64,000 bases of DNA from Candidatus Limnocylindria bacterium (GCA_035708565.1 DASSSF010000031.1:10277-74276), one strand, 5' to 3'; counted from the stretch's first letter, positions 8,108 through 17,790 are shown. The notes: generated by a model from the sequence alone, not told the origin. Translations and numbers: made by a program.

Positions 8108-9375
8108 GCGAGTTCGCGGAGCATGTCGAAGAATCCGGGGTACGTCTTCGTGACCGCGTCGGCGCCCTCGATCGCGACGCCGGGCACCTGGAGCCCGAGC
8201 ACCGCGAACGCCATCGCGATGCGGTGATCGCCGCGCGCGTCGACGACGCCGCCGGCGAGGGGCGCGGGCTCCACGCGGATCGCGTCGGCGTACTCCGTCA
8301 CGCTCGCGCCGAGGGCGCGGAGCCCGGCCGCGACGGCGGCGACCCGGTCGCTCTCCTGCCGCCGCGTGTGCCCGATCCCGGTGAGCTCCGTGGGCGTCGA
8401 CGCGCAGGCGCCGATCACGGCGAGCGTCGGGAACACGTCGGAGCAGTCGCGGACGTCCGCCGTGACGCCGAAGAGCGCGCCGGTGCGCCTGACCGTCACG
8501 CCGAGGCCGCCGAAGGCGGACGCGTCGACCGCGCAGCCCGCCGCGCGGAGCAGGTCGAAGAAGCGCGCGTCGCCCTGCGCTCCCCGGCGCGTCGACGCGT
8601 CCACGTTCTCGACGGTCACCGACCCGCCGAGGATCGCGGCCGCGGCGGCCGGGTAGGTCGCGGCCGTCACGTCACCGGGGATCTCGACGTCGCGCGCGCG
8701 GACCTCCTGTGGCCGCACCTCGAAGGTGCGCGGCGCCGGGCGCGCGACCTCGACGCCGCGCGCCTCGAGCGCCGCCACGGTGAGCTCGACGAACGGCTCC
8801 GAGACGAGCGGACCGGTGATCCGCAGCCGGACCCCGTTCGCCGTGCGCGGCGCGGCGAGCAGGAGCGCCGACGCGAACTGGCTCGACTCGGCCCCCGACA
8901 CCGCGACCTCGCCGCCGGCCAGCGGGCCGGACACGGTGATCGGCAGCGCCTCGCCCTCGGCCGTGGCGCCGAGCGCCCGCAGCGCGTCCACGAGCGCGGC
9001 GATCGGCCGCCGGCGGAGCTGGGGGCTCCCGTCGACGGTCACGCGGCCGCCGCCCAGCGCGGCGAGGGCCAGGCCGAAGCGCGCGACGGTCCCGCCGTCC
9101 CCGGCGTCGACCGTGACGCTGCGGCCGGGCGGGGTCGGCGAGCCGCGCACGACGATGCGCTCGGCGTCGCGCGAGACCTCGTAGCCGAGGTCCACGAGCG
9201 CCTGCTGCATCGCGCGGACGTCGTCGCCCGGGTCAAGCGGGCCGATCTCGAGCCGCGACCTGCCCGCGGCGAGCGCCGAGAGGACGAGCTCCCGGTTCGT
9301 CACGCTCTTCGACGCGGGGACGCGCACGCGCTTCTCGATCGGGTGACGGATCGGGGGGATGGGTCGCGGAGCCAC
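8104..9375 (-). CDS. aroA: 3-phosphoshikimate 1-carboxyvinyltransferase (EPSP synthase)
   Basis: PASKSVTNRELVLSALAAG...GDGGTVARF...RPI...GDHRIAMAFAV; GTG start (VAPRPIPP...); 423 aa. Confidence 0.9.
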   Translation of the reverse strand: MAPRPIPPIRHPIEKRVRVPASKSVTNRELVLSALAAGRSRLEIGPLDPGDDVRAMQQALVDLGYEVSRDAERIVVRGSPTPPGRSVTVDAGDGGTVARFGLALAALGGGRVTVDGSPQLRRRPIAALVDALRALGATAEGEALPITVSGPLAGGEVAVSGAESSQFASALLLAAPRTANGVRLRITGPLVSEPFVELTVAALEARGVEVARPAPRTFEVRPQEVRARDVEIPGDVTAATYPAAAAAILGGSVTVENVDASTRRGAQGDARFFDLLRAAGCAVDASAFGGLGVTVRRTGALFGVTADVRDCSDVFPTLAVIGACASTPTELTGIGHTRRQESDRVAAVAAGLRALGASVTEYADAIRVEPAPLAGGVVDARGDHRIAMAFAVLGLQVPGVAIEGADAVTKTYPGFFDMLRELA

Positions 9376-9396
9376 GGACGAGCGATCATATGGGAA

Positions 9397-10551
9397 GTGA
9401 CACGCAACGGCGGCGCCGGCCCGCTCGTCCTCGTCGCGGTCGCGGGCGTCCTCGCGGCCGGCGCCTACCTGTTCCTGTTCGGGGCGCCGTTCGCGGATCC
9501 CGCGACGTCCGCCCCGCGCGGCGGTGCGCCCTCCGCCTCCGCCTCGCCGCGCGCGACGCCCGCGCCGAAGCCGCCTGAGCTCAAGATCGCGCACGACACC
9601 TGCTGCACGCAGGCAGCGCGGTTCCTGAGCGTGACCTGGACGTCGTCGGAGCCCGTGAGCGAGGCTGCCGTGGCCGTCGCGCCGGACCCCGGGTTCGCGT
9701 GCGCCGCGACGGTCGACGAGAGCCGCGTCAAGGGCACGTTCGGATGCGCCGGGCTCCTGCGCGGCGGCGTCGACCACACCGCGACCCTCACGGTGCGGAC
9801 GGCCGCCGGATCGTTCCCGGTCGCGCACCGGTTCAGGACGATGGGCGACCGCCTCACGGACGTGAGGTGGTTCACCGAGTTCGAGGACCCGCGCGGCGAC
9901 CCCCTCGCGTGTGCCGCCGCGAGCGTGCGGATCGTGCAGAACTACACGACGGGCCAGGACAAGGCGACGGCCGAGCAGATCCTGCGACAGGGCCAGGGCC
10001 TCAACCGCAGCCGCGACCCCGGCATCGACCCGGTCGCGATCGCCGCGGTGCAGCGCGCGCTCGATCCGCGGAACGCCTACCACTACTACCGCTTCGACAC
10101 GCGCGAGGACGCGACGTACGCCGCGGTCTACTGGCTCCTGCGGAGCGGCAAGCCGGTCCACGTGATCACGCTCGCCGGGCAGCACGATCCGCTGCTCATC
10201 GGTTTCATGGGGACGTTCGGCACGCACTTCGGCGACCCCGCGAACGACGTCACCGGCGTCGTGGTGCAGGACCCGCAGCGAGGCGACATGCGGCCGGAGA
10301 CGCTGAGCCGCCGGCCCGACAAGTACCGCACGCCAGAGTTCCAGACCGGGCGCCTGCTCCTGCCGGGCGAGTGGTACCGCGACGAGTGGTGGCTCGGCTT
10401 CGCGTACGCGGCCGTGGTCGACGGCGTGAACATCGACCGGAACGACGGCGCGTACCCGCTGCCGCACTGGGCGGGGAAGTTCGTGATCGTCGTCGACGAT
10501 GCCGACCCTCAGTGGCCCGCCGACCGCGAAGGCAGGGTGAGGTTCCGATGA
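9397..10551 (+). CDS. Hypothetical membrane-anchored extracytoplasmic protein (N-terminal TM helix; possible Cys/His papain-like fold domain)
   Basis: GTG start; PLVLVAVAGVLAAGAYLFLF signal-anchor; strong GC3 bias; C-terminal domain with conserved Cys and His. Divergent from aroA with only about 21 nt between the starts. Confidence 0.5.
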   Translation: MTRNGGAGPLVLVAVAGVLAAGAYLFLFGAPFADPATSAPRGGAPSASASPRATPAPKPPELKIAHDTCCTQAARFLSVTWTSSEPVSEAAVAVAPDPGFACAATVDESRVKGTFGCAGLLRGGVDHTATLTVRTAAGSFPVAHRFRTMGDRLTDVRWFTEFEDPRGDPLACAAASVRIVQNYTTGQDKATAEQILRQGQGLNRSRDPGIDPVAIAAVQRALDPRNAYHYYRFDTREDATYAAVYWLLRSGKPVHVITLAGQHDPLLIGFMGTFGTHFGDPANDVTGVVVQDPQRGDMRPETLSRRPDKYRTPEFQTGRLLLPGEWYRDEWWLGFAYAAVVDGVNIDRNDGAYPLPHWAGKFVIVVDDADPQWPADREGRVRFR

Positions 10552-11054
10552 CTCCGCCGCGCCGCGACCGCCCCCAGCTGCCCGACGGGTACATCTCGCG
10601 CGCGCCGAAGGGCATGCTGACGTGGCCCGCGGTCGAGCGGCTGCTCCGCACGTTCACGTACCTGTGGATCGCGACCGCCGGCCCCGACGGCGCCCCGCAT
10701 CTCGTCCAGCAGTGGGGCGTGTGGGTCGACGGCGTCCTCTACTTCGAGGGCAGCGAGCGCACGCGCTGGGCGCGCGACCTCGCGCGCGAGCCGCGGCTCG
10801 CGTTCGGCACCGGGGTGGGGGACCGCGCGGTGTACGGCGAGGCCGTCGTCGACGTCGTCCGCGGCGTGCCGCGCCCGCTCGCGCGAAAGATCGCGGCGCG
10901 CTACGCGGCGAAGTACGGGCCCGGCTTCGGCTACCGCCCGAAGGCTGACCAGTACGAGAAGGGGAGCGTGTTCCGCGCGCGGCCGGCGAAGCTCATCGCG
11001 TTCGACGTCAAGAAGTTCAACACCTCGGCGGCGCGCTTCACCTTCGGGCGCTAG
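10548..11054 (+). CDS. Pyridoxamine 5'-phosphate oxidase-like FMN/F420-binding split-barrel protein
   Basis: 168 aa; WIATAGPDGAPHLVQQWGVWVDGVLYF...; ATGA overlap with the upstream gene. Confidence 0.65.
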   Translation: MTPPRRDRPQLPDGYISRAPKGMLTWPAVERLLRTFTYLWIATAGPDGAPHLVQQWGVWVDGVLYFEGSERTRWARDLAREPRLAFGTGVGDRAVYGEAVVDVVRGVPRPLARKIAARYAAKYGPGFGYRPKADQYEKGSVFRARPAKLIAFDVKKFNTSAARFTFGR

Positions 11055-11078
11055 CCGCGGAGAGCCGGTGCGGCGTGC

Positions 11079-12383
11079 CTAGCGCCGCATCAGGAGCACC
11101 GCGTTCGGCAGCTGCCGGCCCGGGCCGACGCGGTACGCGCCGCCGAAGTGCATCGCCGCGGTGCCGCCGCCGTCGAGGTTCATCGCGTCGTGGACACCGA
11201 GCCCGCGCAGCACGTACGCGGACTCCGTGACGCTCGCGCTCGCCACGAGCGCGAGGAACACGTGGGTGCCGTCGGACCCGATCGACCCCTTCGTCCCGCG
11301 CGTCTTCTGTACCGCGGTCTGCTCGGCCTCCGAGTCCACGATCGTGCCGGCCGACAGGAGGAGCGGGAAGTTCGAGATGCCGGCGGTCACGGGGTAGGGG
11401 CTGCGGCCGAACGTCTCCGCGCGCCGGTAGAAGCGCGGGGCGGTCCCCGTGAAGGTCACGAGCGCGTTCACCGAGATCAGCGCGTACGAGTTGAGCCAGC
11501 GGCCGAGGTTCGAGTTGTACACGGCGTAGTCGTACGTGTTGACCTTCCCCGCGCACCACGAGTAGTCGGGCGGGCAGAGGTAGGTGCCGTTCATCCCGGC
11601 GTACGCGCCGTTCTCGGCGACGTACTGCGCGAGCGGCTTCACCGGGCAGGCGTCGCGGCAGTCGACCGCGTTCGCGGTCACCGTGCGGACGGTGACGTCC
11701 GAGAGCCGCTCCTTGATGAGGTGCACGTTGAAGGTGCCGACCGGCGTCGGCACGGCGAGGCTGCTGTAGCCGAGCGGGCTCTCTACCGCGGGCGGCGGCG
11801 GAGGCGCGGGCGGCCGCGAGCCGTCCGGGTTGAGCACGACGACGTTCCAGAAGACGCCGAAGTCCTCCATCCACGTCGCGCCCTCGATGAGCGGGCGGAG
11901 GTAGAGGCGGTAATGGCCGGGGGTCGCCGGCGCCAGGATCGAGAACTGGAACCACGCGACCTGGCCGGGACCGACGTAGGGCGCGGGCTGCATCGCGATG
12001 CGGTCGTAGCGGGGCCAGCCCGTGTTCGGCGAGCCCCACGCGCCGTCCCCGCCGAGGATGCTCGCGCGGTCCTGTCCCGGCTCGGGCCCCCAGGTGCCGA
12101 GGTACGCGACCTCGCCCATGCGGCCCGCGACCCAGCCGAGCGAGCCGCTGTTGTAGTAGGCGACGGTCGCGGCCGAGCGCTGTCCGGGGCACAGCGTCGG
12201 GTAGCCGCTCTGTCCGTACCAGTGCGCGTGGAACCCTGGGATCCCGGCCGGCACGGAAGCGGGCGGCGGGATGCCCGGTCCGACGCTCGCGACGCACCCG
12301 GTCTGGGCCGCCGCGGGCGCGGGGCCCGCGAGCAGCGCGGCGGCCGCGAGGAGAACGCTGAGGGAGCGCGCGACGATACCCAC
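11079..12383 (-). CDS. Secreted phosphodiester glycosidase family protein (NAGPA/DUF2233-like) carrying an N-terminal domain shared with the RlpA-like protein at 35077
   Basis: GTG start, signal peptide MGIVARSLSVLLAAAALLAGPAPAAA, PPPPP linker, C-terminal ...GTHVFLALV...NLDGGGTAAM motif. The N-domain HAHWYGQSGYPTLCPG...VAWFQF...IEGATWMEDFGVFW is paralogous to 35160..35640. Confidence 0.6.
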   Translation of the reverse strand: MGIVARSLSVLLAAAALLAGPAPAAAQTGCVASVGPGIPPPASVPAGIPGFHAHWYGQSGYPTLCPGQRSAATVAYYNSGSLGWVAGRMGEVAYLGTWGPEPGQDRASILGGDGAWGSPNTGWPRYDRIAMQPAPYVGPGQVAWFQFSILAPATPGHYRLYLRPLIEGATWMEDFGVFWNVVVLNPDGSRPPAPPPPPAVESPLGYSSLAVPTPVGTFNVHLIKERLSDVTVRTVTANAVDCRDACPVKPLAQYVAENGAYAGMNGTYLCPPDYSWCAGKVNTYDYAVYNSNLGRWLNSYALISVNALVTFTGTAPRFYRRAETFGRSPYPVTAGISNFPLLLSAGTIVDSEAEQTAVQKTRGTKGSIGSDGTHVFLALVASASVTESAYVLRGLGVHDAMNLDGGGTAAMHFGGAYRVGPGRQLPNAVLLMRR

Positions 12384-12433
12384 CGAACGGTCAACGGCGT
12401 GCGCGCCAGGCGCGTTGCGTCCCCTCGGGGGGA

Positions 12434-13330
12434 TCAACGGGGGTCGCACCTCGCCATGTCGCCCGTCTGCCAGCCGACCGTGAACCACTGCTGGCGCTGC
12501 TCGGCTGAGCCGTGGGTCCAGCGCTCCGGAGCGACGCGCCCCTCCGTCTGCTTCTGGATGCGGTCGTCGCCCACGGCGGCCGCGGCGTCGAGCGCGGCCG
12601 CGATGTCGGACTCGGAAGGCCGCTGCAGGTAGCCGGTGGCCGTCGCGTGATGCGCCCACACGCCGGCGAAGCAGTCGGCCATCAGCTCCTGGCGCACCGA
12701 CCCGCTGCCGGGACCGCTGTCCTGCGAGCGGGAGAGGAGGCCGAGGAGGTTCTGCACGTGATGGCCGTACTCGTGCGCGACGACGTAGCCCTCCGCGAAC
12801 GAGCCGCCGCGCGCGCCGAGGCGGCCGAGCATGTCGCGGAAGAACGACAGGTCGAGGTAGATGCGCTGGTCGAGCGGGCAGTAGAACGGCCCCACCGCGC
12901 TGCTCGTGCTCCCGCACTCGGCCTGCACGTAACCCGAGTAGAGGACGGTCTTCGCGGGCTCGTACGCCCGCCCGCGGTCCGGGAGCTCCGCGGCCCAGTA
13001 CGCCTCGATGCTGTTCACGTACCCGACGATCCGGCAGTCGTCCCGCGCGTTCGCGTCCGCGCCGGTGCGGCACTCGGCGGCCTTCTGCTGCGCGTCGACC
13101 GGCGCCTGCTGCTGGCCGAGCACCGAGGGATCGAGGATCGCGCCGGGGTCGACGCCGAGGAGGAGCGACGCGATGAGGATGAGGATCCCGATGCCGCCGC
13201 CACCGACGAGCACCGGGCCGCCCATCCGGGAGCCGCGCCGGTCCTCGACGCGTGAGGGGTCGAGCCTCGCGTTCGGATCGAAGGTCACAGGCCGCCTGAG
13301 CGCAAGACGCACGCCATGGGGCGGGGGCAT
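12434..13330 (-). CDS. Putative neutral zinc metallopeptidase (YpfJ/Zn_peptidase family)
   Basis: N-terminal RVEDRRGS...GGGGIGIL, GPFYCPLDQRIYLDLSFF, HEYGHHVQ (HExxH); 298 aa. Confidence 0.7.
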   Translation of the reverse strand: MPPPHGVRLALRRPVTFDPNARLDPSRVEDRRGSRMGGPVLVGGGGIGILILIASLLLGVDPGAILDPSVLGQQQAPVDAQQKAAECRTGADANARDDCRIVGYVNSIEAYWAAELPDRGRAYEPAKTVLYSGYVQAECGSTSSAVGPFYCPLDQRIYLDLSFFRDMLGRLGARGGSFAEGYVVAHEYGHHVQNLLGLLSRSQDSGPGSGSVRQELMADCFAGVWAHHATATGYLQRPSESDIAAALDAAAAVGDDRIQKQTEGRVAPERWTHGSAEQRQQWFTVGWQTGDMARCDPR

Positions 13331-13373
13331 GCTTGCGCGCGTGAGCGCGATCGTGACGGCGGCGTAACGGCGC

Positions 13374-14981
13374 GTGGCCGGCCTCGTACTGCGCGGAGGG
13401 ACGATCCACGACGGCCTCGGCGGCGAGCCGTACACGGGCGACGTCGCGATCGAGGGCGACCGCATCAGCGCGGTCGGGCGTGTCCCTGACCGCGGCGCCG
13501 TCGAGATCGACGCGCGCGGCCTGGCCGTCGCGCCGGGCTTCGTCAACATGCTGAGCCACGCGTGGGCGAGCCTCATCGAGGACGGTCGATCGCAGAGCGA
13601 CATCCGCCAGGGCGTCACGCTCGAGGTCTTCGGCGAGGTCTCGATGGGGCCGCTCAACGACGAGATGAAGAGGGACCGGCGCGAGCGCCAGGGCGACGTG
13701 AAGTTCGACATCGTCTGGACCACGCTCGGCGAGTACCTCGACCATCTCGTGTCGCTCGGCGTCTCGTGCAACGTCGCGTCGTTCGTCAGCGCGACCACGG
13801 TCCGCGTGCACGAGCTCGGGTCGGACGATCGCCGGCCGAGCGCGGACGAGCTCGCGCGGATGCGCGCCCTCGTGGACGCCGCGATGCGCGAAGGGGCGCT
13901 CGGCGTCGCGTCGGCGCTCATCTACGCGCCCGCGACCTTCGCCGACACCGACGAGCTCGTCGCGCTGGCGGAGGCCGCCGCGCGCCACGGCGGCATGTAC
14001 ATCTCCCACATGCGGAGCGAGGGCGACCGCTTCCTCGAGGCTGTCGACGAGCTCGTCACGATCGCGCGCCGCGCCGGCGCGCGCGCCGAGATCTACCACC
14101 TGAAGCAGGCCGGCCGCGACAACTGGGGCAAGCTCGACGCCGCGGTCCTGCGGATCGAGGCGGCGCGGCGCGAGGGACTGGGCGTCACCGCCGACATGTA
14201 CCCGTACACGGCGGGAGCGACGGGCCTCGACGCGTCGCTGCCGCCGTGGGTGCAGGACGGCGGGCACCGCGCGTTCATGGCGCGGCTCCGCGACGGTGCG
14301 GTGCGCGCGCGGCTCATCCGGGAGATGCGCCGGCCGGGCGTCGGGTGGGAGAACATGCTCCATCTCGCGGGCTCCGCCGAGCGCGTGCTCTTGTCGGCGT
14401 TCACGAGCGAGACCCTCAAGCGCCACACGGGCATGACGCTCGCGCAGGTCGCGGCCGAGCGCGGCACGGCGCCTGAGGAGACGATCCTCGACCTCGTGCT
14501 CGAGGACGACAGCCGCGTGGGGGCGATCTACTTCGTCATGTCCGAGGAGAACGTGCGCCGCCAGGTCGCGCTGCCGTGGGTCTCCTTCGCCTCGGACTCG
14601 GCGTCGCTCGCGCCCGAGGGCGTGTTCCTCCGCTCGACGCCGCATCCGCGCGCGTACGGCTGCTTCGCGCGCGTGCTCGCGAAGTACGTACGCGACGAGC
14701 GCGCCCTCCCGCTCGCCGAGGCGGTGCGCCGGCTCACGAGCCTCCCGGCGGAGACGCTCCGGATCCCGGGCCGCGGCCGCCTCGCCCCCGGCTACTTCGC
14801 GGACGTCGTCGCGTTCGACCCCGCCTCGGTCCAGGACCACGCGACGTACGCCGAGCCCCACCGGTACGCCACGGGGATGGAGCATGTCGTCGTGAACGGC
14901 GTGCGCGTCCTCTCGCACGGCGAGCACACCGGGGCGAGGCCCGGCCGCGTCGTCCGCGGCCCGGGCTGGCGCCCGGGGTGA
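13374..14981 (+). CDS. Amidohydrolase family protein, N-acyl-D-amino-acid deacylase (D-aminoacylase)-like
   Basis: 535 aa; LVLRGGTIHDGLGGEPYTGDVAIEGDRI...GFVNMLSHAW; overall amidohydrolase-3 / D-aminoacylase architecture. The first metal-ligand motif is HAW rather than HxH. Confidence 0.6.
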   Translation: MAGLVLRGGTIHDGLGGEPYTGDVAIEGDRISAVGRVPDRGAVEIDARGLAVAPGFVNMLSHAWASLIEDGRSQSDIRQGVTLEVFGEVSMGPLNDEMKRDRRERQGDVKFDIVWTTLGEYLDHLVSLGVSCNVASFVSATTVRVHELGSDDRRPSADELARMRALVDAAMREGALGVASALIYAPATFADTDELVALAEAAARHGGMYISHMRSEGDRFLEAVDELVTIARRAGARAEIYHLKQAGRDNWGKLDAAVLRIEAARREGLGVTADMYPYTAGATGLDASLPPWVQDGGHRAFMARLRDGAVRARLIREMRRPGVGWENMLHLAGSAERVLLSAFTSETLKRHTGMTLAQVAAERGTAPEETILDLVLEDDSRVGAIYFVMSEENVRRQVALPWVSFASDSASLAPEGVFLRSTPHPRAYGCFARVLAKYVRDERALPLAEAVRRLTSLPAETLRIPGRGRLAPGYFADVVAFDPASVQDHATYAEPHRYATGMEHVVVNGVRVLSHGEHTGARPGRVVRGPGWRPG

Positions 14982-16366
14982 GCGACCGCTTCGACCGCGT
15001 CGCCGCGTCGCTCGCGGAGGCGATGGACCGCTGGACCGTGCCCGGCGCGGCCCTCGGCATCGTGCACGAGGGACGCCGCCAGACCGCGTGCTTCGGCGTC
15101 ACGAGCGCCCTGGACCCGCTTCCCGTCCACGACGACACGTTCTTCCAGATCGGGTCGACGACGAAGACGATGACGGCGACGGTCGCGGTCCGGCTCGCGG
15201 CCGAGGGGCGTCTCGACCTCGACGCGCCGCTCCGCCGCTACGTGCCGGAGCTGCGGCTCGCCGACGAGGACGCGGCGGCGCGCGTGTCGATGACCCACAT
15301 CCTTACCCACAGCGGCGGCTGGCTCGGCGACTTCTTCGAGAACACCGGCCGCGGCGACGACGCGCTCGCGACGGCGGTCCAGCGCCTCGCGGACCTGCCG
15401 CACCTCACGCCGGTCGGGAGCGAGTGGCACTACCTCAACTCGGGCTTCTACCTGGCGGGCCGCGTGATCGAGATCGTCACGGGCATGACGTTCGAGGCGG
15501 CGATGCGCGAGCTCCTCTTCGAGCCCCTCGGCATGCGCATGACGAAGTTCTTCCCGGAGGAGGTGATCGCGTACCGCGTCGCCGTCGGCCACTACGTCCG
15601 CGACGGCGTCCCGGAGGTCGTCCGGCAGTGGGCCCTGCACCGCTCGGCGCACGCGGCGGGCGGCGCGATCTCGACGGTGGGAGACCAGCTGACGTACGCG
15701 GAGCTCCATCTCGGCGACGGGATCGCGCCCGACGGCCGGCGCGTCCTCGAGCGCTCGGCGGCGCAGGCGATGCGCGCGCCGGTCGGCCCGCGCGGCGCGG
15801 TCGGGCTCTCGTGGTGGCTGCGCACGGTCGACGGCACCACGCTCGTGAGCCACGGCGGGACGACCGCCGGGCAGCAGTCCGCGTTCGTGCTCGTCCCGGA
15901 GCGCGGCTTCGGGATCACCCTGCTCACGAACTCGTCGCAGGGCCACGCCGCGCACCGCGCCGCGGTGCGGCTCGCGCTCAGGGAGTACTGCGGCCTCGAC
16001 GACCGCGATCCGGCGAGCCGCCGTCCGACGCTCGAGGAGGCTCGCCCGTTCCTCGGCCGCTGGATGATCGCCCGCACGATGCTCGAGCTCCGGAGCGAGG
16101 GCGATGAGGTCCTCCTCGTCCCCGGGCCGCGTCCGGGCGTCCCGCCGCCGCCGAACGGGTGGCCCCCGTACGCGCCGCCTGCGCGGTGCGGCATCGTCGA
16201 CCGGGACACCCTCGTCGTGCTCGAGGGGCCTGGCCAGGGGAACCGCGTCGAGCTCGTGCGCGGCACGAGCGGCGCGCCGGAGTGGCTCCGCTTCGGCCTC
16301 CGCCTGTACGCGCCCGAGGAGCGCGCCGACCGGTATCCGGCCCGGGGCGGCGGGCTCGTCTCGTAG
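14978..16366 (+). CDS. Beta-lactamase-fold serine hydrolase (class C / D-stereospecific peptidase-like)
   Basis: SxxK (GSTTKTMT), YxN (YLNSGF) and HGG(T) motifs; GTG start overlaps the upstream stop (GTGA). Confidence 0.7.
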   Translation: MSDRFDRVAASLAEAMDRWTVPGAALGIVHEGRRQTACFGVTSALDPLPVHDDTFFQIGSTTKTMTATVAVRLAAEGRLDLDAPLRRYVPELRLADEDAAARVSMTHILTHSGGWLGDFFENTGRGDDALATAVQRLADLPHLTPVGSEWHYLNSGFYLAGRVIEIVTGMTFEAAMRELLFEPLGMRMTKFFPEEVIAYRVAVGHYVRDGVPEVVRQWALHRSAHAAGGAISTVGDQLTYAELHLGDGIAPDGRRVLERSAAQAMRAPVGPRGAVGLSWWLRTVDGTTLVSHGGTTAGQQSAFVLVPERGFGITLLTNSSQGHAAHRAAVRLALREYCGLDDRDPASRRPTLEEARPFLGRWMIARTMLELRSEGDEVLLVPGPRPGVPPPPNGWPPYAPPARCGIVDRDTLVVLEGPGQGNRVELVRGTSGAPEWLRFGLRLYAPEERADRYPARGGGLVS

Positions 16367-16392
16367 CGCGCGTCCAGGAGTACAACGTTCCC

Positions 16393-17790
16393 ATGGAACG
16401 CGTCCCTCGACGCCGCCGCTGGCGCTGGGGCTGGTTCGTCGCGGTCCTCGGGCTCGGGCTCGGGTCGCTCAGCGTCGCGACGTCGGCCGCCGCCTCCTCC
16501 GACGCGGCGTGGCGCGCGGCGCCGGCGGCGGCCGCCGAGGGGGGCCGTGTGGTCGTCGGGCACATCCGGGGCGTCATCAACCCGATCACCGACCGGTACG
16601 TCGAGCGCGTCCTCGGCGGCGCCGAGGGCGCGAGCGCGATCGTGTTCGTCATCGATACGCCCGGCGGCCTCATCGACTCGACGTACCGCATCACGGGCCG
16701 TTTCCTCAACGCGCGTGTCCCGATCGTGACGTACGTCGCGCCGTCCGGAGCCCGCGCCGCCTCGGCGGGCGCGTTCATCACGCTCGCCGGCCACGTCGCG
16801 GCGATGGCGCCGGCGACGAACATCGGCGCCGCGCACCCGGTGAACGCCTCGGGTGGCGACATCGAGGGCGACCTTCGCGCGAAGGCCGAGAACGACGCCG
16901 TCGCCCAGATCACGAAGATCGCGCTCGCGCGCGGCCGGAACGCGCAGTGGGCCGAGGACGCGGTGCGCAAGAGCGTCAGCATCCGCGACGACGAGGCCGT
17001 GAAGATCGACGTCGTCGACCTCGTCGCGACCGACGTCGGCGACCTGCTCCGGAAGATCGACGGGCTCCAGGTGGCGCTGCCGCACGAGACGGTGCGGCTC
17101 GCGACCGCGGGGGCAAGGGTCGAGGAGGACGCCCAGAACATCATCGAGACGATCCTCCATCTCATCACCGACCCGCAGATCGCGGTGCTCCTCTTCACCC
17201 TGGGGACGTACGGGCTGATCTTCGAGCTCTCGAACCCGAGCCTCATCTTCCCCGGGATCGTCGGCGTGATCGCGATCGTCCTCGCGCTGTTCGCGTTCGG
17301 CACGCTGGACGCGAACGCGGCCGGCATCGCGCTCATGGTCTTCGCGGTGATCCTCTTCGTGGCCGAGATCTGGGTCCCGAGCCACGGGCTCCTCACGGTC
17401 GGCGGGCTCGCGGCGCTCGCCCTCGGCACGATCGTCCTCTTCCCGCCGGTCCGGCCGACCCTGCCCGGCTTCCGCTGGACCGTCGAGCCGTGGGTGGTGC
17501 TGACGACCACCGGGCTCTCGGCGCTGTTCTTCGGCTTCATCGTCCGCGAGAGCCTGCGCTACCGGGCGCTGCGGACCTCGAGCGGCGCGGAGACCGTGAT
17601 CGGTGCCGTGGGCAGGGCGCGCACCGCGCTCGAGCCGAACGGCATCGCGTACGTCGGCGGCGAGGACTGGACCGCGACGTCGGCCGCGGGCGCGATCCCG
17701 GCCGGCGCCCCGGTCCGCGCCGTCCGCGTCGAGGGCGTACGGCTTATCGTCGAGCCCGTCGCGCCGCAAGAGGAAGGGGAGCAGTCGTGA
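16393..17790 (+). CDS. NfeD-like membrane-bound ClpP-class serine protease
   Basis: Signal/TM N-terminus, ClpP-like domain (IDTPGGLIDS...), multi-TM segment and C-terminal OB-fold domain; precedes an SPFH gene. Confidence 0.75.
   Translation: MERVPRRRRWRWGWFVAVLGLGLGSLSVATSAAASSDAAWRAAPAAAAEGGRVVVGHIRGVINPITDRYVERVLGGAEGASAIVFVIDTPGGLIDSTYRITGRFLNARVPIVTYVAPSGARAASAGAFITLAGHVAAMAPATNIGAAHPVNASGGDIEGDLRAKAENDAVAQITKIALARGRNAQWAEDAVRKSVSIRDDEAVKIDVVDLVATDVGDLLRKIDGLQVALPHETVRLATAGARVEEDAQNIIETILHLITDPQIAVLLFTLGTYGLIFELSNPSLIFPGIVGVIAIVLALFAFGTLDANAAGIALMVFAVILFVAEIWVPSHGLLTVGGLAALALGTIVLFPPVRPTLPGFRWTVEPWVVLTTTGLSALFFGFIVRESLRYRALRTSSGAETVIGAVGRARTALEPNGIAYVGGEDWTATSAAGAIPAGAPVRAVRVEGVRLIVEPVAPQEEGEQS

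Noticed and set aside
9465-9875. 136-aa minus-strand ORF inside the 9397..10551 gene
   Set aside because: Poor codon bias and no start context. The plus-strand frame has a signal-anchor and strong GC3.
11079-14927. 1282-aa minus-strand ORF spanning most of 11 to 15 kb
   Set aside because: Only its 3' 434 codons (11079..12383) have protein-like composition and a signal peptide. The upstream part is Arg/Gly/Asp-rich and antisense to, or out of frame with, the metallopeptidase and amidohydrolase genes. It is a typical stop-free frame artefact in GC-rich DNA.
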